This document shows, piece after piece, positions 49,356 through 59,532 of a stretch of DNA of 64,000 nucleotides (position 1 is the first letter of the stretch; each line of letters opens with the position of its first letter). Under the pieces are notes generated by a model. The model worked only from the letters and a program-made list of their open reading frames with translations, did not search any database and was not told the DNA's origin. Position numbers and translations under genes: made by a program. The stretch is from an uncultured Gammaproteobacteria bacterium. Lineage in GTDB: Bacteria > Patescibacteriota > Microgenomatia > JAMCZE01. The stretch lies in assembly GCA_964609775.1 (NCBI GenBank), contig CAZSSJ010000002.1, positions 19,260 through 83,259 of the forward strand, given 5' to 3'.

Positions 49356-50591
49356 ATGCGCATCTGTTCGCCACAACTAGGGATTTCTCCGGACTCAAAT
49401 CTTGGCGGCGAGGTCCACGATCGCGAAATGCTCAAATCCCTAGCAGACTTGGGGGTGGAGATCGACATCATTCTTCCTTTTGGAAAGAAGCACGAAGCTC
49501 ACAAAAATTGGCACTTTTATTATTTACTAACCCCAATAGTCTTTCCGCCAATAGTTTTCAACGCTCTAGTCTTACCCCATCTCTTTTGGATTTACTTTCG
49601 GCATAAATTCAATATTCTCCGCGTCCATTCTCCCTACTTCGTCGGGCTAGGAGCTTTGATTTTCAAATTGGTTTTTCCACGGATTTTAGTCATTGCCCAC
49701 TATCACCATTTTGAAGGCAATAAGGTTTATAATTTGATAGATAGCATTATCGCCAACAAGTTCGATTTAATCGTCACTGCTAGCAATGTGACTAAAAGCA
49801 AGTTAATAAACAAATTTGGCGTTTTGGAATCTAAAATTGCAATCATTCCCTACGGAGTATCTGCTAGCTTTGCTCCGCAAATTGTCGACCAACAAATTAT
49901 TCTTGAACCTGCGAATACCTCGTTGCTCTGCAGCGAGGATGAGCAGGCTCCAAGAAGAAACTCCGAGCCCAAGATACCTCGTCAGCCCTTCAGGTCTGAG
50001 CCTCAGGGTCGAAGACTTGCTGCGATGAGTTTCATTTCCAAGTATAAACTTCATGGAAAGAAACCGCTTCTTTATATTGGTCAGTTAATCAGTCGCAAAA
50101 ACATCCCCTTTCTACTTCAAGTAGTAAAGGCGCTACCTGAAGAATATATACTTTTGATCGCCGGTGATGGGCCATTAAAAAATCAACTACAAGACATGGT
50201 AAGGTCCTTACAACTAGATAACCGGGTGACATTTTGCGGTCATATTTCAGAAGAAGAAAAGCCGAAAATGATTTCCCTTGCCGATTTTTTTCTTTTTTCT
50301 TCAAGCAATGAAGGATTCGGACTATCAGTGTTAGAAGCAATGGCCTGCGGCAAAATTGTTATTGCCGCAAAACTTCCCGTCTTTCAACAGTTTATTGACA
50401 CCGGCAGAAACGGATTTCTTTTGGATCTTGATTCCCAGCGATGGGTGAAGACTATTTTATCTTTGGACCATAAACCACAGACCAAACGGTCTTTAGAAAA
50501 AAACGCCAGACAAAGTGCAAAAAAATTTAGCTGGAACAACTTTGCCAAAACCTATCTTCGTCGAGTAAATCATTCATTTCCTAGCCTATGA
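49356..50591 (+). CDS. GT4 family glycosyltransferase with low-complexity charged insertion
   Basis: EGFGLSVLEAMACGKIVIAAKLPVFQQF. Inserted segment SEDEQAPRRNSEPKIPRQPFRSEPQGRRLAA. Confidence 0.8.
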   Translation: MRICSPQLGISPDSNLGGEVHDREMLKSLADLGVEIDIILPFGKKHEAHKNWHFYYLLTPIVFPPIVFNALVLPHLFWIYFRHKFNILRVHSPYFVGLGALIFKLVFPRILVIAHYHHFEGNKVYNLIDSIIANKFDLIVTASNVTKSKLINKFGVLESKIAIIPYGVSASFAPQIVDQQIILEPANTSLLCSEDEQAPRRNSEPKIPRQPFRSEPQGRRLAAMSFISKYKLHGKKPLLYIGQLISRKNIPFLLQVVKALPEEYILLIAGDGPLKNQLQDMVRSLQLDNRVTFCGHISEEEKPKMISLADFFLFSSSNEGFGLSVLEAMACGKIVIAAKLPVFQQFIDTGRNGFLLDLDSQRWVKTILSLDHKPQTKRSLEKNARQSAKKFSWNNFAKTYLRRVNHSFPSL

Positions 50592-51367
50592 CAGTCACCA
50601 AGCTTTCTATAGTGCTACTTAAAAAATTGCGGCAAGCAACTCCACTTGCAGCAAAGCTCGTTTTTCTAACAGGGAAATCAACGCAAGCCCTTCACCCGAA
50701 GCACCTCGTCGAAATCGAAAAGCCTTGGTATCTTGATTATCTTTCAAAGAACGATATTGTTCTCGACCTCGGCTGTGGCAACGGTCAAAATTCCCTCAAG
50801 GCAGCCAAGAAGGCCAAACATGTATACGGACTCGACACAAACCAGGCCAGTCTTAATCAAGGAAGATCCTTCGCTAGTCGACACAAGATCACTAATATTA
50901 CCTTCTCATTTCATGATTTGAACAACAAGCTGCTCTACCCCGACCAACGTTTCGACCGAGTACTATTCCTGGATGTCCTAGAACACCTAGGGACCGCCAG
51001 TCGCCAGCAGATAATGGGCGAAATTCACCGGATTCTGAGAACCGATGGCCTGCTGCTCCTAGCCGTCCCTAATAGTCAAACATCTTGGAAAAAGACGCAA
51101 AGGTCTGTAAGCGTGGACTCATTTACCGATCCAGACCATAAAATTGAATATTCGCTTGACGGGATCAAAAAATTTTGTAGTAAATGTAAGTTTAAACAAT
51201 TAAATATTAGTGGTATTACTTATGACAGCCCTTATGCTCCCTTAATTGACATTGCTGGAGGATTTTCACTGCAGCTGTATAAAAAGCTATCACTTTGGAA
51301 AAAAAATAAGATGAAAGGTGGCTTAACTGAAAGTATCGGTTTCAGATTAGTTTGTCAAAAAATGTAG
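50588..51367 (+). CDS. class I SAM-dependent methyltransferase
   Basis: Motif I VLDLGCGNGQNS, motif II RVLFLDVLEHL. ATGA overlap. Confidence 0.8.
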   Translation: MTVTKLSIVLLKKLRQATPLAAKLVFLTGKSTQALHPKHLVEIEKPWYLDYLSKNDIVLDLGCGNGQNSLKAAKKAKHVYGLDTNQASLNQGRSFASRHKITNITFSFHDLNNKLLYPDQRFDRVLFLDVLEHLGTASRQQIMGEIHRILRTDGLLLLAVPNSQTSWKKTQRSVSVDSFTDPDHKIEYSLDGIKKFCSKCKFKQLNISGITYDSPYAPLIDIAGGFSLQLYKKLSLWKKNKMKGGLTESIGFRLVCQKM

Positions 51368-51379
51368 CGCCATCTGATA

Positions 51380-52555
51380 ATGAAAATCGCATATATCGTA
51401 GACTATCTACCAAACTTAGATTCCAGGACAGATTTCAGTGGAGCAGAGGTCAGTGTCCAGCTGTTAGCGGCGGGTTTAAAAAAACACGGGGTCGAGATCA
51501 AGTTAGTTTCACCTGCCCAAGGTTTATATTCTTCACGAGGAAAAGTCTTTCCCTCTTTGCTGACAACAAATATTTTCTGGTTTTTTCTTTCCACTTTAAT
51601 AATTATCAGAAGCCTTCAGAGGGAAGAGATTGACTTGATTCACGCTCAGGGAAAGAACTCCCTAGTAGGAGCTTACTTGAGTAGTCTTTTTTTTAAAAAG
51701 CAACTTTTAGTTACCGTTAGGGACTATCGAGCCCTTTGTGACTTGGGTATGTGTTTTCTTCGGGGCAAGAAACACTGTACTTTCAAAAACTACTTTCAGC
51801 AGGACATTCCGTTTTTCGTCAGAAAATACAAGAAACAGACAGTTTTAAGATATCTCTATGCCTATCTTGTCGGGCTATACCAATATCCTCTTCGCCTTCT
51901 TTATCGTCATATTCTAAAAAAAGCTAATAAAGTCGTTTGTATCAGCATTGCCCAACAGAAGTTATACAATACATTTGGCATTGATAACACAATAGTAATT
52001 TATAACCCAGTGACTTTTGAAAAAGTCCACTATCAAAAGAAAAAACAATTATTTTTCGGCGGCAGATACACACTTGGCAAAGGAAAGGAAATTTTAAAAA
52101 TCATCCTTCCAAAATTCTTTCAACTTTATCCAGATTGGGAACTTATCTTTGCTGGTCGTGACAAGCTGGATATCGAACATCGAAACATCAGAACCCTTGG
52201 CCAATTGCCTTACAAGAGCTATCTAAGGTCAGTCGGGGAGTCATCCCTAGCGCTTGTTCCCTCTGTCTGGCCGGAGCCCTTCGGAAGGGCAGCGCTGGAC
52301 GCAATCTCTGTTGGGACACCGGTAGTTGCGACAAATGCTGGCGCCCTATCTGAAATAGTAGTTAGTGGCCGCTACGGAACCGTAAGTCAACCAAATACGC
52401 AAAGTTATTGGCAAGCCCTCCAAGAGGGAATGGCAAAAAGGAGCGGTCTTTCTGAACAGATCAAAAAAGACACCGAAAAATTGATCAAAAAATTTCAGGT
52501 CGATCCAGTTCAAGATCACCTCAGACTATATGAATCGTCACTACACAAATCTTGA
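51380..52555 (+). CDS. GT4 family glycosyltransferase
   Basis: VPSVWPEPFGRAALDAISVGTPVVATNAGALSEIV. Confidence 0.8.
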   Translation: MKIAYIVDYLPNLDSRTDFSGAEVSVQLLAAGLKKHGVEIKLVSPAQGLYSSRGKVFPSLLTTNIFWFFLSTLIIIRSLQREEIDLIHAQGKNSLVGAYLSSLFFKKQLLVTVRDYRALCDLGMCFLRGKKHCTFKNYFQQDIPFFVRKYKKQTVLRYLYAYLVGLYQYPLRLLYRHILKKANKVVCISIAQQKLYNTFGIDNTIVIYNPVTFEKVHYQKKKQLFFGGRYTLGKGKEILKIILPKFFQLYPDWELIFAGRDKLDIEHRNIRTLGQLPYKSYLRSVGESSLALVPSVWPEPFGRAALDAISVGTPVVATNAGALSEIVVSGRYGTVSQPNTQSYWQALQEGMAKRSGLSEQIKKDTEKLIKKFQVDPVQDHLRLYESSLHKS

Positions 52556-53150
52556 CTATCTATCGCGCTCGCGATGGGCTAGCTTTTACGTCCAAATTAA
52601 AGAAACCGTCAATCCCAAACCTGCCAACGTACTTGAAATCTGTAAGGGTTTCGGGCTCTTGTCTTTTGTCGTCAGAGGCATAGGAACAGACATTAAAACT
52701 TTAGATGTTGACCCTAAATTAAAGCCCGATTTTATTGGAGACGTACGTAGAATTCCCCTCAAAGCCAATTCTTTCGACGTTGTCACTTGTTTTCAAGTTC
52801 TTGAGCATCTTCCTTTTTCCGATTTCAAAATTGCCCTTTTGCAAATGAAACGAGTAAGTAAAAAATATATTCTTCTCTTTCTACCTGAACCCTATAGCAC
52901 CTTTGTCTATTTTGGCGCCAAGTTGATCCCGTTCATTCCTAAGCTTGAATTATTCCGAAAATTTGCTATGTCTGACCGATTTTTTCCGAAATTCGGGCTG
53001 AACAGTCCTCATTATTGGGAAATTGGAAGAAAAGGTGTTTCCTACCAAAAAGTTGAAAAATGTATCACAGCGTGCCAATTAAAAATTATTAAATCCTTTT
53101 ATCCGAAAGAAAACTTATATCACCACGTTTTCGTTTTGTCTAAATTATGA
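52530..53150 (+). CDS. class I SAM-dependent methyltransferase (Methyltransf_11/23-like)
   Basis: VLEICKGFG...FDVVTCFQVLEHLPF. Confidence 0.6.
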   Translation: MNRHYTNLDYLSRSRWASFYVQIKETVNPKPANVLEICKGFGLLSFVVRGIGTDIKTLDVDPKLKPDFIGDVRRIPLKANSFDVVTCFQVLEHLPFSDFKIALLQMKRVSKKYILLFLPEPYSTFVYFGAKLIPFIPKLELFRKFAMSDRFFPKFGLNSPHYWEIGRKGVSYQKVEKCITACQLKIIKSFYPKENLYHHVFVLSKL

Positions 53151-54190
53151 CACTTGGAATTCTTTTGCCGATGGGGAGCAGCCTTGAAGACATGGAGCTT
53201 CATGGCCAAAAGGAACGTTTCCAAAAATACTACCTCAATGTCTATAGACAGAGCTTTGAAAAAGTTATTGTCTTTAGCTATAAGGACTCTCCCCTTCATC
53301 GCTACTTCTATTCCCTAGCTCTCCCGTTAGTCAAGCGCAAAGATTTCACCACATGCGACGTCTTCCGATGCTTTCATTTAAGTTCCACGCCCCCGGCCAT
53401 TGTCGGGAAAATTCTATTTAACAAAAAGTTCGTCTTCAATTACAACTATGATTATAAAAAATGGGCGGTTATCGAAAAAAAACCCTTCCTGGTTCCATTG
53501 ATTCAACTTTTAGAGCAGGTAAGTTTTAGGTTGGCAAACCATATTTTTGTCGCCGACGAAAGAATGGCCGAATTTGCCAGAACGCTCAGAAGTGCAACAA
53601 AAATTACGAACATCCCCAACGGCGTGGACGTCACCATCTTTAGGCCAGCATTGCATAACAAAAAAAACAGCCAAAAAGTTATCCTTTCTGTAGGTCGGCT
53701 AGAAGAGCAAAAAAACTATGGGCAGCTTATCGCTGCCGTTGCCAACATTAGCCCAAAACCACATTTAATCATCATTGGTCGGGGAGCTTTAAAGGAGACT
53801 TTAGTTAGGCAAGCAGGTCGATTGGCAGTGGATATGACAATTATTGATGTGGTCCCCCACCTAGAGTTGCCAAAATATTATCAATCTGCTGATGTTTATG
53901 TTCAACCCTCCTTAGCGGAGGCTCCGGTAAAAACTCTTCTCGAAGCAATGAGCTGCCAATGTGCTTGTGTAGGGACCAGGGTTCCTGGCATTTCGGGAGT
54001 CTTAGAAGATGGAAAAAATGGATTGCTAGCCTCCTTAGAAACGAAAGATCTTCAGAAAAAGATTCAACAGGTTTTAAATAATCCAAAAACGGCAAAAAAA
54101 CTAGGGGAGCAAGCCAGAGTGACAATCATCAACCGCTTCAATATCAAAAAAATGATTAACAAAGAAATCTCCATTCTGAAAAGCATATGA
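53147..54190 (+). CDS. GT4 family glycosyltransferase
   Basis: SVGRLEEQKN...YVQPSLAEAPVKTLLEAMSCQCACVGTRVPG. ATGA overlap. Confidence 0.75.
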   Translation: MTLGILLPMGSSLEDMELHGQKERFQKYYLNVYRQSFEKVIVFSYKDSPLHRYFYSLALPLVKRKDFTTCDVFRCFHLSSTPPAIVGKILFNKKFVFNYNYDYKKWAVIEKKPFLVPLIQLLEQVSFRLANHIFVADERMAEFARTLRSATKITNIPNGVDVTIFRPALHNKKNSQKVILSVGRLEEQKNYGQLIAAVANISPKPHLIIIGRGALKETLVRQAGRLAVDMTIIDVVPHLELPKYYQSADVYVQPSLAEAPVKTLLEAMSCQCACVGTRVPGISGVLEDGKNGLLASLETKDLQKKIQQVLNNPKTAKKLGEQARVTIINRFNIKKMINKEISILKSI

Positions 54191-55242
54191 CAGTCTGCTA
54201 TTTTGGCTACTACCGACCCTTTCATTCTAGAAATCGCAACCTCATACTTGGTTTACGGAGAAATGGTGTTAACGTAATTGAATGCAATGCTGTAGTGCCG
54301 TTTATTCAAGGAAGATACTTTTGTCTTCTTGCAAAATACTTCCGCTATGGCACAGGGGCGGATGTGATTATTGTTGGTTTTCCTGGGCACACAGATGTGC
54401 CCCTTGCCTGGGCTTTAGCGAAAATTTTTCACCGAAAGTTAGTTTTTGACGCTTTTACTTCTATGTATTTAAACCTTGTGTATGACCGCCAGGATGTTGC
54501 TCAACATTCTTTGAAGGCTTTAGTCTACTGGCTAGTCGACTGGTTAAGTTGCCTGCTATCAGATAAAGTTCTGGTCGATACTTCCGATAACCAACAATAT
54601 TTTGCTAAAGAGTTTTCTGTTAAGGTGGATAAAATTGCCTGTATTCCTGTATGTTTTGACGAAAGTATTTTTAAACCGCAAAAAGCGATTAATGGTGATA
54701 GTTGTATCGTCGGTTGGCACGGCACTTTCCTCCCGCTTCAGGGGGTGGAGACTATTATCGCAGCAGCGCAAAAACTTAAGAACGTGAATATAAATTTTCG
54801 CCTTTTAGGCTACGGGCGAGAGAAAGACATGAGTGTTAAATTAGTAAAAAAGAAGGGCTTGAAAAATATTTATTTTTTTGATCGAGTAAATTACCAACGC
54901 CTGCCAGATTTTATCAGTGGCTGTGATATTTATCTTGGAGGACCGTTTGGCCAGAATTTAAAGGCCAACATGGTTATACCAAATAAGGTAGTAGAGGCAA
55001 TGGCCATGGGCAAGCCGGTAATTTGTGCTGACACACCTGCCATGCGGCGAGCTTTTGTTTCGGGAAAAGAAGTTTTGTTAACAACACAAAGTAATCAGCT
55101 TGCTTTAGCTAGGGCGATAATAAGTCTGAAGGAAAGCCCCAAGCTACGCGAAACCCTGGGTCATAACGCACTAAGGGCTGCTTCTTTCTATACTAGCAAG
55201 AATATTGGTCGCTTATTACTTCAAAAAATCGCCCAGCTATAA
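54187..55242 (+). CDS. GT4/GT1-fold glycosyltransferase
   Basis: WHGTFLPLQGVETII...NKVVEAMAMGKPVICADTPAMR. ATGA overlap. Confidence 0.7.
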   Translation: MTVCYFGYYRPFHSRNRNLILGLRRNGVNVIECNAVVPFIQGRYFCLLAKYFRYGTGADVIIVGFPGHTDVPLAWALAKIFHRKLVFDAFTSMYLNLVYDRQDVAQHSLKALVYWLVDWLSCLLSDKVLVDTSDNQQYFAKEFSVKVDKIACIPVCFDESIFKPQKAINGDSCIVGWHGTFLPLQGVETIIAAAQKLKNVNINFRLLGYGREKDMSVKLVKKKGLKNIYFFDRVNYQRLPDFISGCDIYLGGPFGQNLKANMVIPNKVVEAMAMGKPVICADTPAMRRAFVSGKEVLLTTQSNQLALARAIISLKESPKLRETLGHNALRAASFYTSKNIGRLLLQKIAQL

Positions 55243-55256
55243 TATACTTTCTAAAG

Positions 55257-56462
55257 ATGCGTAAGATAGGTTATCTAGAGGGGTTAAGAGGCATCGCTGC
55301 GTTCATTGTCGTCCTTAATCATTTTGCCGTATCCTTTTTCCCGGCATTGTATAACGGAAAGATAACCCAGGCTCATACCTTATCCTGGCTAGAATCGGCT
55401 ATCGCTAGTAGCCCTATTAATTTTTTTTATAATGGCAACTTTGCCGTCGCTGTTTTCTTTGTTCTTAGCGGCTTTGTCCTCTCATACAACTATTTCAAAA
55501 CTCTACGTGTAGAGGTAATTGTGTCCGGAGCAATTAAACGATATTTCCGGCTAGTGATTCCGGTTGCCTTTACTGTCCTGTTGGCCTACTTATTCATGAA
55601 ATTTTCATTTTTCTTTAACAAACAGGCCGGAGAGATAAGTTATTCGACTTGGTGGCTATCAAGATATTGGGAATTTGATACCAATCTAATAGATGTTTTA
55701 AATACCGCATTTATTAGAGTGCTCTTTTTTGGTGATGTTAGATTTAATCACATATTGTGGACGATGCGTTATGAGTTTTTTGGATCCATAATTGTATTCA
55801 CGACGTTATTTATCTTTCGACAAAGAAGGTATCGATATGCGGCTTATATCATTCTTAGTTTATGGTTTTTAAGGTCATACTATCTTCCATTTATCCTTGG
55901 TTTGGTTCTCTCCGACCTATATAGTCTTAAAAGATACACAGTTAAACTAAATAAAGATTTAAAAAGAATTTGTCTTCTATTGCTGGGATTTGTTGGTTTA
56001 TATTTAAGTTCCTGTCCCAGTGGAGCCCCAATAAGAAATACAATCTATGCCCCCTTGTTTATCTTGGATCGTTATCCCTACACCTTTTATCACATCTTAG
56101 GGGCTTTAATGCTCATGATTACTCTTTTAAATTGGACAGCGCTGCAAAACTTATTTTCAAACAGACTATTTATCTTTTTGGGCAGAATATCGTTTTCTAT
56201 GTATTTGCTTCATTTGATAGTGATTGGTTCCTTATCCAGTCTACTGTTAATTATTTTGACTCACTATTTTACCTATCCTGTTGCAGCTATGCTCGTCTTT
56301 GTGATATCGATGCCGGTCTTAGTATTTACCTCCTATTTAATGTACGTGCTGGTGGATAGTAAGGGTACCATCCTATCTAAAATTATTTGTCGTTGGCTCA
56401 CTGGGTCAATCAGGCGGCAACAATTCGCCAACCAGTTTGTCCTTGGTGGCAAAAAATCATAA
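55257..56462 (+). CDS. acyltransferase family 3 (OatA-like) membrane O-acyltransferase
   Basis: MRKIGYLEGLRGIAAFIVVLNHF... About 10 TM helices. Acyl_transf_3 signature. Confidence 0.85.
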   Translation: MRKIGYLEGLRGIAAFIVVLNHFAVSFFPALYNGKITQAHTLSWLESAIASSPINFFYNGNFAVAVFFVLSGFVLSYNYFKTLRVEVIVSGAIKRYFRLVIPVAFTVLLAYLFMKFSFFFNKQAGEISYSTWWLSRYWEFDTNLIDVLNTAFIRVLFFGDVRFNHILWTMRYEFFGSIIVFTTLFIFRQRRYRYAAYIILSLWFLRSYYLPFILGLVLSDLYSLKRYTVKLNKDLKRICLLLLGFVGLYLSSCPSGAPIRNTIYAPLFILDRYPYTFYHILGALMLMITLLNWTALQNLFSNRLFIFLGRISFSMYLLHLIVIGSLSSLLLIILTHYFTYPVAAMLVFVISMPVLVFTSYLMYVLVDSKGTILSKIICRWLTGSIRRQQFANQFVLGGKKS

Positions 56463-56471
56463 AATAGATTT

Positions 56472-57284
56472 ATGGAAATAATCATTCGACCAAAAAGTGT
56501 CTTCAATCTAGATTTTAAAGAAATCTGGCATTATCGCGAACTTTTTTACGTCTTTGCCTGGCGAGATATTAAAGTCCGTTATAAACAAACAGTTTTAGGC
56601 ATCTCGTGGGCTCTTTTTCAACCTCTAGTTACGACTGGAATATTTAGCATTTTTTTTGGAAAAATTGCCAAAATCCCTTCTGACCATATCCCATACCCGT
56701 TATTTGTTCTTACTGGATTGGTTTTTTGGAGCTTTTTTTCAAATAGTGTTACGGCGGCAAGTCAAAGCATGGTCGCCAGTGAAAACATCATCAAAAAAGT
56801 CTACTTTCCACGCCTGATTATTCCACTTTCCTCAATTGTGACAGCCGGGCTTGACTTTCTAATTTCCTTTTTGATGCTATTACTAGTAATGGTTTACTAC
56901 CGGTATTTTCCTCAATTTACCAGCCTGCTAGTTCTCCCAGTGTTGTTGCTTACTTTAATTCTCACTGCTGGGGGAATCGGTTTATTTACATCAGCGATTA
57001 ATGTCAAATATCGCGATGTCAGATATATCCTGCCGTTTTTCATCCAAATTGGGCTCTTCGTTACTCCCATTATCTATCCAATAAGTGTTATCTTGGACTA
57101 CCGTAAATGGCTTCTGATTCTCAATCCTCTGACCTCAGTAATCGAAACAGCGCGTGCCCTCTATTCGGGCAAACCAATAAATTATTTTCTCATCTCTTTA
57201 GGCTTTGCGATTTCGGTCGTCATATTTTCTCTCGGCCTTTACTATTTTCGCAAGACCGAAGCTTTCTTTGCTGACGTCGCTTAG
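56472..57284 (+). CDS. wzm: ABC-2 type polysaccharide exporter permease (Wzm/TagG-like)
   Basis: FKEIWHYRELFYVFAWRDIKVRYKQTVLGISWALFQPL. Six TM helices. Confidence 0.9.
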   Translation: MEIIIRPKSVFNLDFKEIWHYRELFYVFAWRDIKVRYKQTVLGISWALFQPLVTTGIFSIFFGKIAKIPSDHIPYPLFVLTGLVFWSFFSNSVTAASQSMVASENIIKKVYFPRLIIPLSSIVTAGLDFLISFLMLLLVMVYYRYFPQFTSLLVLPVLLLTLILTAGGIGLFTSAINVKYRDVRYILPFFIQIGLFVTPIIYPISVILDYRKWLLILNPLTSVIETARALYSGKPINYFLISLGFAISVVIFSLGLYYFRKTEAFFADVA

Positions 57285-57293
57285 ACTTTTGCT

Positions 57294-58574
57294 ATGGACA
57301 ATATTATTGAAGTCAGTGATCTATCTAAAAAGTACCGTCTCGGCCAAGAACAGCGCTATTACACGCTACGGGACAGCATTGCGTCTTTGTCTTCGCTTCC
57401 CAAACAGCTTTGGGGGGTGTGGGGAAATTTTAGCGAAATTCTTGAAAAAAATGAATTTTGGGCTCTTAAAGACGTTTCTTTTTCGGTCAAACGAGGCGAA
57501 GTTGTTGGAGTCATCGGGAAAAACGGTGCTGGTAAAAGCACTCTGCTTAAAATTCTGTCTCGCATCACTCCTCCAACCTATGGTCAAGCTCGACTGCGTG
57601 GTCGTGTAGCTAGCCTTCTGGAGGTTGGAACTGGTTTTAACCAGGAATTAACAGGCCGCGAAAATATCTTTCTCAACGGTGCTATCTTAGGCATGAGCCG
57701 CCAAGAGGTAAGAAGAAAATTCGACGAGATAGTCGCTTTTGCCGAAGTCGAAAGGTTCATCGACACGCCAGTGAAACGTTATTCTTCAGGGATGTATTTG
57801 CGCCTTGCCTTTGCCGTCGCCGCCCATTTGGAACCAGAAATACTTCTGGTTGACGAAGTCCTTTCCGTTGGTGATGCCCAATTTCAAGAAAAGAGTTTGG
57901 GAAAAATGCGCGAAATTACCCAGCAGGAAGGCAGGACAATAATATTTGTCAGTCACAACATGGGTGCAATTAACGCTCTTTGCAACCGGTGTTTATTGCT
58001 TGAACAAGGGCAGACTGTCGCTTTCGGCGAAACCGCCGAGGTCGTCACCAAATACTTATCGTCGAAAAGAAAATCAGTCAACAATATTTGGAAGATTCCG
58101 AAAAAACCGTCCGTCCCATTTTATGTTTCTAAAATGTGGTTAACTGACGAAAACGGGAAAGCTATTTCTCAAATAGAGATGGGAGAAAATGTTAACCTCA
58201 ATCTAGAAGCTAAAATTACTCAGGAAATCAGGGATGGAGTCCTTGCCGCTCTCGTCGCTACGGAAGGATCACCGCTTCTTTATATCTATGATACTGACAA
58301 CTCCCCAGAACTGCGTCGGAAGCGTCGGGTAGGTAAATATTTTGAACAGGTTCTCCTGCCCACATCCATATTTAAAGAAGGCGACTACACGATCAGTATA
58401 ATGATCGGCCACGGACAAGATAATCTCACCGACCAAAACTGTGAAATTTCCTTCAAGATCGTTAACACCAAAAGGGATTTGACACACCTCAGTTTCCGTA
58501 AAAACAGACTAGGATTTCTTTATCAGGAAACCCACTGGGAGGTGCGCCAACTTGGACGTCAAAAAGAGTACTAA
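57294..58574 (+). CDS. wzt: ABC polysaccharide exporter ATP-binding protein (Wzt/TagH-like) with C-terminal carbohydrate-binding domain
   Basis: Walker A GKNGAGKSTLLK, signature YSSGMYLRLAFA, Walker B LLVDEVLSVGD. An extra approximately 180-aa C-terminal beta-rich domain resembles Wzt_C. Confidence 0.9.
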   Translation: MDNIIEVSDLSKKYRLGQEQRYYTLRDSIASLSSLPKQLWGVWGNFSEILEKNEFWALKDVSFSVKRGEVVGVIGKNGAGKSTLLKILSRITPPTYGQARLRGRVASLLEVGTGFNQELTGRENIFLNGAILGMSRQEVRRKFDEIVAFAEVERFIDTPVKRYSSGMYLRLAFAVAAHLEPEILLVDEVLSVGDAQFQEKSLGKMREITQQEGRTIIFVSHNMGAINALCNRCLLLEQGQTVAFGETAEVVTKYLSSKRKSVNNIWKIPKKPSVPFYVSKMWLTDENGKAISQIEMGENVNLNLEAKITQEIRDGVLAALVATEGSPLLYIYDTDNSPELRRKRRVGKYFEQVLLPTSIFKEGDYTISIMIGHGQDNLTDQNCEISFKIVNTKRDLTHLSFRKNRLGFLYQETHWEVRQLGRQKEY

Positions 58575-59520
58575 CCACCTTGTCCGGTACTTAGACAGGG
58601 CCTTTGGAGTCAGATCAGTTTTTCCTCTAAACCCGGTCAGAAAAAGGGCCAGAAAGGAACTTCTTAGACGGCTATCATCCGGAATTTATAAATTCCAGGA
58701 GATAAATTGTCCCTCCTGTGCCAGTCATAGATTTACAATCTTGGCTAAACAGGACATGTACGCCCTGCCGCATCTTGTGGTCATTTGCCTCTGTTGCTCG
58801 CTGGTTTATACGCGACAAAGATTGACGGAAAAATCTTTGTCAAACTTTTATCAAAATCTCTACCAGCAGTTAGACCGGGGTAGGGATTTGCCAAAAGAAG
58901 AATATTTCCGTTTAGAATCTAAAAAAGGACAAGACATTTTCCACTATATGTTCAATAACTCTTTGCTACCTCCTAAAAACACACTCATTGTTGAAATTGG
59001 TTGTGGTGTTGGAGGCGTACTTTATCCATTCCGAAAGTACGGTTATGAGATAATAGGTTGCGATTTCAATCAAGACTATATCAATTTTGGCATCACCACC
59101 CGCGGTCTTAATCTAAAAGCTGGAGGATTGAAAGAGATATCAAAAGTCCTCTTTAAAAGCAAAAAGAAAGTAGGTCTAGTCATTTATGAACAAGTATTTG
59201 AACATCTACCTGACCCCAAAAAAGAATTAACACAACTTAAAAAAATTATGACATCAAACACTTTACTCTATCTTGGCGTTCCAGGAATTAAAAATATTCG
59301 TCATCACTACCAGGAAAATTTTCGTGCATTCCTTCAATTTCCCCATTTGACCTATTTTGAACTGTCAACTCTTAAATCTCTGCTTGCTAGTCAGGGATTT
59401 CAATTATTAAAGGGGACTGAGAGAATTAGAGGAGTTTTTAAACTGGGTCAGAAAAGAAATATCCTCCTCACCAACCCGGATGGGATTATAACCTATATTC
59501 AAAATTTGAAATTTATCTAA
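58552..59520 (+). CDS. class I SAM-dependent methyltransferase with N-terminal zinc-ribbon (CxxC...CxxC)
   Basis: CPSCASH...CLCCS, then motif I IVEIGCGVGGVL and IYEQVFEHLPDP. Confidence 0.75.
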   Translation: MDVKKSTNHLVRYLDRAFGVRSVFPLNPVRKRARKELLRRLSSGIYKFQEINCPSCASHRFTILAKQDMYALPHLVVICLCCSLVYTRQRLTEKSLSNFYQNLYQQLDRGRDLPKEEYFRLESKKGQDIFHYMFNNSLLPPKNTLIVEIGCGVGGVLYPFRKYGYEIIGCDFNQDYINFGITTRGLNLKAGGLKEISKVLFKSKKKVGLVIYEQVFEHLPDPKKELTQLKKIMTSNTLLYLGVPGIKNIRHHYQENFRAFLQFPHLTYFELSTLKSLLASQGFQLLKGTERIRGVFKLGQKRNILLTNPDGIITYIQNLKFI

Positions 59521-59532
59521 TTTGCCATCCCT

